Positions 26,968 through 35,865 of a stretch of 36,704 bases of DNA are shown piece after piece. Below the pieces are notes generated by a model that was not told the DNA's origin, made no database searches, and worked only from the letters and a program-made list of their open reading frames with translations. Source of the stretch: Sphingobacteriaceae bacterium (lineage in GTDB: Bacteria > Bacteroidota > Bacteroidia > B-17B0 > Aurantibacillaceae); the NCBI GenBank assembly GCA_023251695.1, contig JAHEYE010000024.1, positions 1 to 36,704 on the forward strand, written 5' to 3'. The position numbers were made by a program, and so were the translations under genes. Positions within the stretch are counted from its first letter, which is position 1. Each line of letters starts with the position of its first letter.

Positions 26968-26975
26968 CAAATTTA
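26968..26975 (-). promoter_or_regulatory. candidate -7 box (TAAATTTG on the minus strand) for the nucleotidyltransferase-TPR-DUF4292-EnvC operon
   Basis: Plus-strand CAAATTTA is the reverse complement of TAAATTTG. It lies 23 nt upstream of the minus-strand ATG at 26944. Confidence 0.3.
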
Positions 26976-26999
26976 ACAGAATTATCGGGAAAATGAAGG

Positions 27000-27707
27000 C
27001 TAATATTCGTTAAACGCTTCTAAAAAAACCATCGGTTCAAGGGCTTCCTTCACATCAAAATCACCTATTTTTGTACGGCACAATTTTGTGAGGTGAGCGC
27101 CACTATTAAGAGCTAATCCAAGGTCGCGGGCAATGCTGCGAATATAGGTTCCTTTAGAGCATACGATACTAAAATCAATTTCAGGCAATTCAAATCGTGT
27201 AATTTCAAACTTAATAATTTCTATTGGGCGTGATTTTAATTCGGCAGTACCGCCATCACGCGCAATATCATAAGCGCGCTTTCCGTTTACCATAACCGCA
27301 CTGAATAATGGCGGAACCTGTTCTTGTTTTCCGATGAAACTTTTTACAGCATCAGAAATTAATTGCTCTGTAATGTGTTCAGTAGGAAAAGTTTTATCAA
27401 TTGGTTTTTCCAAATCATAACAAGGCGTTGTGGCACCAATAAAAAATGTTCCGGTGTACTCTTTTTTTAAATCTTGAAAACTTTGAATTTCTTTTGTTTT
27501 TTTCCCCGTGCAAACAATTAATAATCCCGTAGCCAAAGGGTCCAAGGTTCCGGCATGACCGATTTTTAAATGAACATGTTTTCCATCAATCAATAATGAA
27601 TTGTGTTTTTTTAATCCGTGTTTTAATTTGTTTACCGCCTGAAAGGAAGTCCAACCCAAGGGTTTATTAATGAGTAGTATTTCGCCCTGATAAAAATTGC
27701 GCATCAC
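27000..27707 (-). CDS. truB: tRNA pseudouridine(55) synthase
   Basis: [19 protein letters not shown] catalytic-Asp motif and overall TruB length and blocks. Confidence 0.95.
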   Translation of the reverse strand: MMRNFYQGEILLINKPLGWTSFQAVNKLKHGLKKHNSLLIDGKHVHLKIGHAGTLDPLATGLLIVCTGKKTKEIQSFQDLKKEYTGTFFIGATTPCYDLEKPIDKTFPTEHITEQLISDAVKSFIGKQEQVPPLFSAVMVNGKRAYDIARDGGTAELKSRPIEIIKFEITRFELPEIDFSIVCSKGTYIRSIARDLGLALNSGAHLTKLCRTKIGDFDVKEALEPMVFLEAFNEY

Positions 27708-28498
27708 ACAATAGTTAAAGGAATATTCATTAAGAAAAGAATAATTAGAATGCCTCCTATAATAATTCTATACCATCCAAAAACTTTAAATCCATTCTTG
27801 TTCAGCATGCCGATAAAAAATTTTATGGCTAAAATGGCCACTATAAATGCAATCACGTTTCCAAAGATCAGCAATGAAATTTCATGCGAATCCAGTGTCA
27901 ATCCTTCTTTATAAAAATCAAGCAATTTTTTAGCAGTAGCAGCAAACATGGTTGGAACGGCCAGGAAAAAAGAAAATTCTGCTGCATTTTTTCTCGTTAA
28001 TTTTTGCGTCATACCACCAATAATAGTTGCGCCGCTTCTGCTAATGCCCGGAAACAAAGCAATGCACTGAAAAGCGCCAATTTTTAAAGCTTTTAACAGC
28101 GTAATGTCTTCTTCCTTTTCAAGTGCATTTCCTGAAAACCATTTATCAACAAATAATAAAATAACACCTCCGAAAAATAATGCGATGGCAACACCGAAAA
28201 CATTTTCTAGTGCCGAATCAATATAATCGCCTAATAAAAATCCCGCAATAGCTGCGGGAATAAAAGCAATAATTAATTTAAGGTAAAAATTTACTGACTT
28301 TAAAAAGCGTTTAAAATAAATCACCACAACCGATAAAATAGCTCCAAGCTGAATGGCTACTGTAAATAGTTTTACAAAAGGGGTGGCCTTTACACCTAAA
28401 AGAGCTGTCGCAATCATCATGTGACCTGTTGAAGAAACAGGTAAAAACTCTGTCAGGCCTTCAACAAGCGCAATAATAAAAGCTTCAAGAAATGACAT
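27704..28498 (-). CDS. uppP: undecaprenyl-diphosphate phosphatase
   Basis: [15 protein letters not shown] and [10 protein letters not shown] BacA/UppP motifs in an 8-TM-like profile. There is a 4-nt overlap with truB. Confidence 0.95.
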   Translation of the reverse strand: MSFLEAFIIALVEGLTEFLPVSSTGHMMIATALLGVKATPFVKLFTVAIQLGAILSVVVIYFKRFLKSVNFYLKLIIAFIPAAIAGFLLGDYIDSALENVFGVAIALFFGGVILLFVDKWFSGNALEKEEDITLLKALKIGAFQCIALFPGISRSGATIIGGMTQKLTRKNAAEFSFFLAVPTMFAATAKKLLDFYKEGLTLDSHEISLLIFGNVIAFIVAILAIKFFIGMLNKNGFKVFGWYRIIIGGILIILFLMNIPLTIV

Positions 28499-28511
28499 GT
28501 TTTTTTAGTGG

Positions 28512-28748
28512 TTATTTCGATGGTTCCTGATTTTGTTTAGGCCTCCACATTATTCCAACGATAATGGTAACAAATCCTAAAACGCACACCATTGGTGCAA
28601 CAGTAATACGGCGGGCATCAAAAATGGCGGGATTAAAAACATTAGGATCTTCACTACCCCCACCCATCATTAACAAATACCCCAATACGATTAGCCCTAA
28701 TCCTGCCAGGAAAATCAGATAATTTTGCTTCGAAAAAGTTGATTTCAT
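28512..28748 (-). CDS. small two-TM membrane protein (DUF3098-like)
   Basis: Two hydrophobic helices (YLIFLAGLGLIVLGYLLMM and VAPMVCVLGFVTIIVGIM). The likely start is ATG at 28748; the longest ORF begins at TTG 28757. The DUF number is from memory. Confidence 0.55.
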   Translation of the reverse strand: MKSTFSKQNYLIFLAGLGLIVLGYLLMMGGGSEDPNVFNPAIFDARRITVAPMVCVLGFVTIIVGIMWRPKQNQEPSK

Positions 28749-28754
28749 ACCCCG

Positions 28755-28762
28755 CAAATCTA
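28755..28762 (-). promoter_or_regulatory. candidate -7 box (TAGATTTG on the minus strand) abutting the DUF3098-like start
   Basis: Plus-strand CAAATCTA is the reverse complement of TAGATTTG. A TTG on the minus strand at 28786-28784 gives a 21-nt spacer. The box ends 6 nt before ATG 28748. Confidence 0.35.
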
Positions 28763-28853
28763 CTAAAATTATTGGCTTAAATCACAAGGCTTTTACGTTA
28801 AATTTTCGTAATATTGCTATTTACATTTTCCTTTTAAAAGGGCATCCATTTTT

Positions 28854-29942
28854 ATGTCAAAAGTCGCATTAATTACAGGAGTAACGGGTCAGGACGGCGC
28901 CTATTTAGCCGAATTTTTATTAGATAAGGGTTACCATGTGCATGGTGTTAAGCGTCGCAGTTCGCTTTTTAATACCGATAGGATTGATCACCTATATCAG
29001 GATCTGCATGAGAAGAACGTACAATTTAAGTTACATTATGGCGATTTAACCGACAGCACGAATCTTATACGTATTATTCAGGAAGTACAGCCTGATGAAA
29101 TTTATAATCTTGCTGCGCAATCACATGTAAAGGTAAGTTTTGAAACTCCCGAATATACAGCCAATGCGGACGCTATTGGTGCATTAAGAATTTTAGAGGC
29201 CATCCGTATTTTACGGTTGGAAAAGAAAACGCGTTTTTACCAGGCGGGAACTTCGGAAATGTTCGGTTTAGTTCAGGAAGTTCCACAAAAAGAAACAACG
29301 CCGTTTTATCCACGAAGCCCTTATGGTGTAGCTAAGGTTTACGCTTATTGGATAACTAAAAATTACCGTGAAGCTTATGGCATGTTCGCTTGTAACGGAA
29401 TTTTATTTAATCATGAAAGCCCGATAAGAGGCGAAACTTTTGTAACACGTAAGATCACAAGAGCAGCTGCAAAAATAAGTCTGGGCATGCAGGAGAAATT
29501 ATTTTTAGGGAATCTGGATGCAGAACGCGACTGGGGGCATGCACAGGATTACGTTGAGGGTATGTGGATGATGATGCAGCAAAAAACAGCAGATGATTAT
29601 ATTTTAGCAACCGGAATAAAAATTTCAGTACGAAAGTTTGTTGAGATGTCGTTTGCAGAAGTTGGTATTACTATTGAGTGGAAAGGTAAAGACGCAAACG
29701 AAAAAGGCCATAACAAAGCTACAGGAAAGATTGTCGTGGAGATTGATGAAAAATATTACCGTCCTGCTGAAGTTGATTTACTTGTCGGAGATCCCTCTAA
29801 AGCAAAAAAAGTTTTGGGATGGGAACCAAAACGTAACGTTGCGCAACTCTGCAAAGAAATGGTGGCAAGCGACCTCGAGTTATTCAAGCGCGATAAATAT
29901 TTGATTGAGGGCGGACATAAAGTTTTAAACTATAAAGAATAG
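28854..29942 (+). CDS. gmd: GDP-mannose 4,6-dehydratase
   Basis: [38 protein letters not shown] and [10 protein letters not shown] (the SDR Y-x3-K motif). Confidence 0.95.
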   Translation: MSKVALITGVTGQDGAYLAEFLLDKGYHVHGVKRRSSLFNTDRIDHLYQDLHEKNVQFKLHYGDLTDSTNLIRIIQEVQPDEIYNLAAQSHVKVSFETPEYTANADAIGALRILEAIRILRLEKKTRFYQAGTSEMFGLVQEVPQKETTPFYPRSPYGVAKVYAYWITKNYREAYGMFACNGILFNHESPIRGETFVTRKITRAAAKISLGMQEKLFLGNLDAERDWGHAQDYVEGMWMMMQQKTADDYILATGIKISVRKFVEMSFAEVGITIEWKGKDANEKGHNKATGKIVVEIDEKYYRPAEVDLLVGDPSKAKKVLGWEPKRNVAQLCKEMVASDLELFKRDKYLIEGGHKVLNYKE

Positions 29943-29946
29943 CCTG

Positions 29947-30888
29947 TTGGAGTTTTCTTCTAAAATATATATTGCCGGTCACAGGGGAATGGTTGGTTCA
30001 GCCATTTTACGCAATTTACAAAAACAAGGATTTACTAATATCATCACAAGAACTTCGGCTGAATTAGATTTAAGAAAGCAACAAGCTGTTGAAGGCTTTT
30101 TTGCTAAAGAAAAACCGGAATATGTTTTTTTGGCGGCAGCTAAAGTGGGCGGTATTCACGCAAATAATACTTATCGTGCCGATTTTATTTATGAAAATAT
30201 AATGATTCAAAACAATGTGATTCATTCTGCATTTGTAAATAAAGTCAAAAAATTAATGTTTCTTGGCTCTTCCTGCATTTATCCGAAACTGGCACCGCAA
30301 CCTTTAAAAGAAGAATATTTATTGTCGGGCTATCTGGAAGACACCAACGAGCCTTATGCTATTGCTAAAATTGCCGGTATAAAACTTTGTGAATCGTATA
30401 AACGGCAGTATGGTTGTGATTTTATAGCCGTGATGCCAACAAATCTTTACGGCCCTAATGATAATTACAATTTGAATAATTCACACGTTCTCCCTGCCTT
30501 GATCCGGAAATTTCACGACGCCAAAGAAACTAATGCTCCTCATATTGAGATGTGGGGAACCGGAAAAGCGATGCGTGAGTTTTTACATTCGGATGATATG
30601 GCAGATGCCTGTGTTTACCTGATGAAAAAATACAGCGGACAAAAAATAGTAAATATTGGTACAGGCACCGATTTAACTATTAATGATCTCGCTTTGCTTA
30701 TCAAAAAAATTGTTGGTTATGCCGGAGATATTAAGCATGATTTATCAAAACCTGATGGTACTCCGCGGAAATTAATGGATGTGGGTTTTTTGCACGGCCT
30801 TGGCTGGAAACACAAAATTGATCTTGAGTCCGGAATAAAAATGGTTTACGAAGATTTCAGGAAAAAAGAGGGAGTTAAGGTTTGGTAA
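29947..30888 (+). CDS. fcl: GDP-L-fucose synthase
   Basis: [15 protein letters not shown] Rossmann motif, GSSCIYPK and [12 protein letters not shown] start is forced, because the first in-frame ATG lies inside the G-x-x-G-x-x-G motif. Confidence 0.95.
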   Translation: MEFSSKIYIAGHRGMVGSAILRNLQKQGFTNIITRTSAELDLRKQQAVEGFFAKEKPEYVFLAAAKVGGIHANNTYRADFIYENIMIQNNVIHSAFVNKVKKLMFLGSSCIYPKLAPQPLKEEYLLSGYLEDTNEPYAIAKIAGIKLCESYKRQYGCDFIAVMPTNLYGPNDNYNLNNSHVLPALIRKFHDAKETNAPHIEMWGTGKAMREFLHSDDMADACVYLMKKYSGQKIVNIGTGTDLTINDLALLIKKIVGYAGDIKHDLSKPDGTPRKLMDVGFLHGLGWKHKIDLESGIKMVYEDFRKKEGVKVW

Positions 30889-32471
30889 CTGTTAGATTAA
30901 ATTTTATATTATTATTTTTGAAATCATCCGGCTTAATATTTAGACTTTCGTTTTCAATTCTGTTTTTTACATTTTATGCTTCCAAAGCTCAGTTTTACAA
31001 TTTACCAAACGATTATTCTTTTTCCCTTTTAACAGAAAGAGGCCTGGCGCTGAAAGATTCTTCTGTACACTCCTCCGTAAAACCTTATATCCCTTTTTAC
31101 TCCGGAAAATATAAACACATTGCTGATACACACGCTGTTTTTAAATTCATTACTGAAGACCCTTTTTTGGATAGGGTTTTTCGTACACATCTTATTCTGG
31201 TTAACTCACAAGAAAAAAAATTTAATCTAAAGGTCGACCCGCTCCTGAATTTTGAGGTGGGACGCGATACCGAAGACACTTTGCAACGCCGGTTATATAC
31301 AAATACCCGCGGATTTATTGCCAGCGGCACAATTGGAAAAGATTTTTATTTTGAAACCATGCTGGCCGAAAACCAATCCATATTCCCGAATTATATCGAG
31401 ACTTACAACCGCGCAACGGGTATAGTACCGGGGCAAGGCCGCTGGAAAACATTTAAGTCACGGGGTTTCGATTATGCTTTTTCGTCAGGATTTTTTTCTT
31501 ATCAGCCTTGCCGTAACATTAATATACAGGCCGGACATGGTAAACAAAAAATCGGACAAGGTTACCGCTCCTTGTTTTTAAGCGATAATGCCTTTAATTA
31601 TCCTTATGTAAGATTAACACAGCAATATTTTAAGGGTAGAGTTCAATACACCAACATTTATGCGTCCTTAATGAATCTCATTTCGTCCAGCGAAAAAATT
31701 GTTCCCAATACGGAGCGCTTGTTTCAGAAAAAAGCTGCATCATTTCAACACCTCAGTATTAATTTTGCGAAATGGTTTAATCTCGGCTTTTTTCAGGGCA
31801 TGATTTGGCAAGTGGGTGACAAAAACAACGTTCAACATTTCGAATGGCAATATTTTAATCCCGTTATTTATACCAATCTTGGTTTTTACGGGTTAAATAA
31901 TAAAAATAATATTCTGGCGGGTGCCGAACTTAACCTAAAGATCAATAACCACATAAGTTTATATGCGCAAACAATTGTTGACGATCTAAGCAACACAAGG
32001 GTGGTTGGAAATGGTTTTGGATATCAGGCGGGCATAAAATATTTCGACGCTTTTAAAGTGAAAAATTTATTCCTCCAGGCCGAATACAATGAAGTTAGTG
32101 AGAGCGCTTATACAAGCCCCATTACAGATACTTCCAACCAGTCCTATTCGCATTACAACCAAAATATTGCTTATGCCCCGGGAAACGGAAAAGAACTCAC
32201 CGGAATACTGGACTATAAATTTAAACGCATTTGCTTTAATGCACGTTATAGTTACCAGTATGTTACCAACCTAAATAAAGAGTTTTATAACAATCAATAT
32301 GTGAATTTAAGATTAGGGTATACTGTTAATCCTGCTTACAATGCGAATATCAGTATCGGGCTTTTATACCGTATGCAGGATTATTTTGCAGCTGGATTAC
32401 AGGATAACAAAACAGCTTATGTATATTTAAGTTTTAAAACAAATTTATTTAACAGCTATTACGATTTTTAA
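30882..32471 (+). CDS. outer-membrane beta-barrel protein, Wzi (capsule assembly)/RemB-like, paralog A
   Basis: Signal peptide ending YASKA-Q. Conserved block [28 protein letters not shown], alternating beta pattern, and a C-terminal aromatic residue (...YYDF). A non-ATG start is forced (TTG 30882 or TTG 30918; the first in-frame ATG is codon 160). The family name is from memory. Confidence 0.5.
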   Translation: MVTVRLNFILLFLKSSGLIFRLSFSILFFTFYASKAQFYNLPNDYSFSLLTERGLALKDSSVHSSVKPYIPFYSGKYKHIADTHAVFKFITEDPFLDRVFRTHLILVNSQEKKFNLKVDPLLNFEVGRDTEDTLQRRLYTNTRGFIASGTIGKDFYFETMLAENQSIFPNYIETYNRATGIVPGQGRWKTFKSRGFDYAFSSGFFSYQPCRNINIQAGHGKQKIGQGYRSLFLSDNAFNYPYVRLTQQYFKGRVQYTNIYASLMNLISSSEKIVPNTERLFQKKAASFQHLSINFAKWFNLGFFQGMIWQVGDKNNVQHFEWQYFNPVIYTNLGFYGLNNKNNILAGAELNLKINNHISLYAQTIVDDLSNTRVVGNGFGYQAGIKYFDAFKVKNLFLQAEYNEVSESAYTSPITDTSNQSYSHYNQNIAYAPGNGKELTGILDYKFKRICFNARYSYQYVTNLNKEFYNNQYVNLRLGYTVNPAYNANISIGLLYRMQDYFAAGLQDNKTAYVYLSFKTNLFNSYYDF

Positions 32472-33560
32472 ATGATACTACTGATATTAGTTTTTATTAC
32501 CGCTTTTGTTGTAGTGCTCTACTCTACCCCGGCTATTATTAAAGTGGCTATATTAAAAAATTTGATCGATCTCCCCTCTGAAGAACGCAAAATTCACAAG
32601 CGCGCTATTCCAACAATAGGCGGTATCATTATTTATGCCGCGACACTTTTTTCCTTTTCACTTTGGTATAGCATCGAGGACCTGCACGAATATGATTTGA
32701 TTGTGGAATCAGTAAAAGAATTTCAAATTCTTATTGCAACCAGTTTAGTGTTGTTCTTCGTCGGGGTTAAGGACGATATTATTGGAACTGCCCCGGTAAA
32801 AAAATTATTTGCTCATATTGTTGTCGGGCTGATTCTAATCTTAATGGGACACATCAAGATCACGGGATTGCATGGTGTATTTGGTATTGAAGAAATTCCG
32901 GATTGGGGAAGTATTTTCTTGTCACTGTTTACTTATATCGTTGTTGTTAATGCTATGAATTTAATTGACGGGGTAGATGGCTTAGCTGCAGGTGTCGGTT
33001 TTCTGGCTACAGTTTTTTTTGGCACCTGGTTTGTTTTTGCAAACGAATATACCTTAGCTTCATTATCCTTTGCGCTGTCAGGATCACTTTTAGGTTTTTT
33101 AGTTTTTAATTTTTCGCCGGCCAAAATATTTATGGGTGATTCCGGCTCACTGATAATCGGTATGTTTATTTACGTTTTAAGTGCCGAATTGATCGAATAT
33201 CCCGCCGACCGTCTTGACTCTTTTTGGGTAAACGTTTCAAATCCGGTTTTTGCAATTGCGGCTTTAATCTATCCGTTAACAGATACTCTGCGTGTTTTTG
33301 TAATACGTGCTATTAAAGGCCAATCACCATTCTCCGCCGATCGTAATCACTTACATCATCGTTTAATAGATTGCGGTTGTTCGCATGCTAAAACCGTTAT
33401 TATTATTTACCTATTCACTATAGTTACAGTTGGTATTTCTCTTATAAGTTATTACATCAACACCAGCCTGTCATTACTTACCGTAATGGCTTGCAGCGGA
33501 ATATTTATTTTATGGGTGTTAGTTACATACAAAGTAAAAACCAATAAAGTTGAAGGATAA
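32472..33560 (+). CDS. glycosyltransferase family 4 polyprenyl-phosphate HexNAc-1-phosphate transferase (MraY/WecA family)
   Basis: About 10 TM segments, plus the NAMNLIDGVDGLA and IFMGDSGSL signature motifs. The ATG directly follows the upstream stop (TAAATG). Confidence 0.9.
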   Translation: MILLILVFITAFVVVLYSTPAIIKVAILKNLIDLPSEERKIHKRAIPTIGGIIIYAATLFSFSLWYSIEDLHEYDLIVESVKEFQILIATSLVLFFVGVKDDIIGTAPVKKLFAHIVVGLILILMGHIKITGLHGVFGIEEIPDWGSIFLSLFTYIVVVNAMNLIDGVDGLAAGVGFLATVFFGTWFVFANEYTLASLSFALSGSLLGFLVFNFSPAKIFMGDSGSLIIGMFIYVLSAELIEYPADRLDSFWVNVSNPVFAIAALIYPLTDTLRVFVIRAIKGQSPFSADRNHLHHRLIDCGCSHAKTVIIIYLFTIVTVGISLISYYINTSLSLLTVMACSGIFILWVLVTYKVKTNKVEG

Positions 33561-35151
33561 GCTGCGCCTCATACTCATTCTTTTTTTGTTTTCTTTTGCC
33601 GTTGTTTTTTCTCAAAATGACCCTCAGGCGGAAAATATTTTTCTAAATCAGGAAACACAACAAGTAATTGATGAGTGGAATATAAAATATCCATCAACTG
33701 ATTTTCACAGCAGTTTCCGACCTTATTTGCTTTCTACACTTAATAGCTATAACGATTCTTGTTTGCCTTACAAACATTATCTCATTAAGAATTTTTTTCT
33801 GAGTAAAACATTAAACGAGGGGCCTCAAAAACGCAATCAATATAATTTTCAGTTCACTCCTGTTGTTGATTTACAAACCGGGTACGATGTCCTGTTAAAT
33901 AAAAACATAAATGAATTGGGTGGGGGTTTGCGGGCCAAACTAAATATTAATAATGATTTTACTATTGAGGGAACAGCTTTTGGGGCTAATGTCACCTATC
34001 CTTATTTTACAGATACATTGGTAAAACAGAAAATGCTTATTCCCGGTTCAGGAATGGCTTATAAGTCAGGAAATAATTCTTACAGTTATTCTAATTTCAT
34101 TGGTTATGCTTCATACGCTCCCAATAAAATTTTTAATTTTCAATTAGGCAATGGTAAACATTTTATTGGTGACGGATACCGTTCGCTTTTACTTTCGGAT
34201 GTTGCTGCTAATTACCCTTATTTCCGAATCAATGCAAATTTTTGGAACATTCAATACAGTGTCTGGTATACCTGGATGAAGGACGTTACTACGGCGAATG
34301 GAATTAAAAGTAAATTTCAGGATAAGTATGCAACCATGCATTATTTAAGCTGGAATATTGTTAAAGAACTTAATATTTCTGTTTTCGAAAATGTAATCTG
34401 GCAAGGAACTGACACCAACCACGCACGCGGTTTCGATCCGAATTATTTAAGTCCGGTTGTCTTTTACAGACCGCAAGAATATTCGCTTGGTTCGTCCGAT
34501 AACGCATTTATTGGATTAAATGTTTCTGCTAAGTTTTTTTCTTGCCTCAAACTATATGGACAAATTGCCTTAGACGAGTTTTATTTGAAAGAAATAAGAG
34601 CGCGTAAAGGTTGGTGGGCTAACAAGCAGGGCTTACAGGCCGGCTTAAAATACATAAATGTCTTTAAAATAAAAGGTTTGACTTTTCAGGCCGAGTATAA
34701 TGTGGTTCGGCCTTATACATACACGCATGGTTCTGTTCCGCAAAACTATGCGCATTACGGTCAGCCCCTTGCTCATCCCTTTGGTGCCAACTTTAAAGAA
34801 TATCTTGGTTTTTTATCGTACCGCAAAGGAAGATTCATGATTAGCGCACAAGGACTGTATTCGGAAATCGGAATCGATAGCACCTCAGCATCAAATGTAG
34901 GTCAAAATATTTTTCTTTCATACACAACCAGGCCCTATGAATACGGACATAAAGTCGGGCAGGGCGTGAAAACCACTCTTATGCAAAGCGATTTGCGTTT
35001 AACTTATTTTTTAGTTCCTAAAATGAACCTTAGAATAGAGTTAGGATATATTCAGCGGAGTTTTTTTGACGCCAGAGGATACGAATTACAGAATCCTTAC
35101 ATTTACTTCGGAGTAAAAACGAGCTTCTGGAATTTTTACCGCGATTATTAG
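33550..35151 (+). CDS. outer-membrane beta-barrel protein, Wzi/RemB-like, paralog B
   Basis: TTG start gives MKDKLRLILILFLFSFAVVFSQ. Block GNGKHFIGDGYRSLLLSDVAANYPYFRI is homologous to paralog A. GLQAGLKYINVFKIKGLTFQAEYN aligns with [24 protein letters not shown]. The protein ends ...FYRDY. Confidence 0.5.
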   Translation: MKDKLRLILILFLFSFAVVFSQNDPQAENIFLNQETQQVIDEWNIKYPSTDFHSSFRPYLLSTLNSYNDSCLPYKHYLIKNFFLSKTLNEGPQKRNQYNFQFTPVVDLQTGYDVLLNKNINELGGGLRAKLNINNDFTIEGTAFGANVTYPYFTDTLVKQKMLIPGSGMAYKSGNNSYSYSNFIGYASYAPNKIFNFQLGNGKHFIGDGYRSLLLSDVAANYPYFRINANFWNIQYSVWYTWMKDVTTANGIKSKFQDKYATMHYLSWNIVKELNISVFENVIWQGTDTNHARGFDPNYLSPVVFYRPQEYSLGSSDNAFIGLNVSAKFFSCLKLYGQIALDEFYLKEIRARKGWWANKQGLQAGLKYINVFKIKGLTFQAEYNVVRPYTYTHGSVPQNYAHYGQPLAHPFGANFKEYLGFLSYRKGRFMISAQGLYSEIGIDSTSASNVGQNIFLSYTTRPYEYGHKVGQGVKTTLMQSDLRLTYFLVPKMNLRIELGYIQRSFFDARGYELQNPYIYFGVKTSFWNFYRDY

Positions 35152-35864
35152 TTAAATAATTCCTTAAGGATATTATACGATTTGAGTTCGTTAAATCCTG
35201 CTACATGCATTTTATAGTAGGCAAGCATACATTCTAAAAGCAAATTTCTTTCGCTTCTTTTTAGAGGTTTACCAAGCAAATCGGCATCGAATATCTTAAG
35301 AAAGCTTTTTGATTGTTCCGCATCAAAACCTAAAGGGAAACTTAATGATAATCCGGTATACTGACCTTCGCGTGTATCAAAATATGAATTTTGATCGCTA
35401 TAATTATTGTGGGGTTCAAAGCCAAGGTATTTGCTCAGCTCAAACAAAAAACAAATATGAAAGTTGTTATAATCTGCTGTTGATTCGTTAAACCACTTGT
35501 ACGATGAGATAATGAAATCAAAAAGTAATTCGTTGGGATGTTGTTCCTTTATGCACTTAATTAATATTTCATTCAGAAACTGTGCTATGGTAAGTTTATC
35601 AAATTCCTTGCTTACATCATCACAAACATAAATCAAAGCCGATTCTGTTAACTGCTGAATTTCTTTATTAGGCTTAAGATGAAAGGTTAATTCAACTATT
35701 TGAAGTGGTAAGGTTCCGGCGGATTTAATTTTGGCTGTAGAAGATTTACCAGTGACTGCGCTGAAAGTAATCAGGCCTTGTTGTTTTGTAAATACTTTCA
35801 GAATTAATTTTTTGTCGCCGTACTTAATGTTTTGGAGAATTATGCCTTCGGTTTTAACGAGCAT
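35148..35864 (-). CDS. recO: DNA repair protein RecO
   Basis: From ATG 35864 the N-terminus is MLVKTEGIILQNIKYGDKKLILKVFTKQQGLITFSA, the typical RecO OB-fold N-terminus. The 25-codon upstream extension of the longest ORF overlaps the preceding gene and is rejected. Confidence 0.85.
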   Translation of the reverse strand: MLVKTEGIILQNIKYGDKKLILKVFTKQQGLITFSAVTGKSSTAKIKSAGTLPLQIVELTFHLKPNKEIQQLTESALIYVCDDVSKEFDKLTIAQFLNEILIKCIKEQHPNELLFDFIISSYKWFNESTADYNNFHICFLFELSKYLGFEPHNNYSDQNSYFDTREGQYTGLSLSFPLGFDAEQSKSFLKIFDADLLGKPLKRSERNLLLECMLAYYKMHVAGFNELKSYNILKELFN

Positions 35865-35865
35865 A

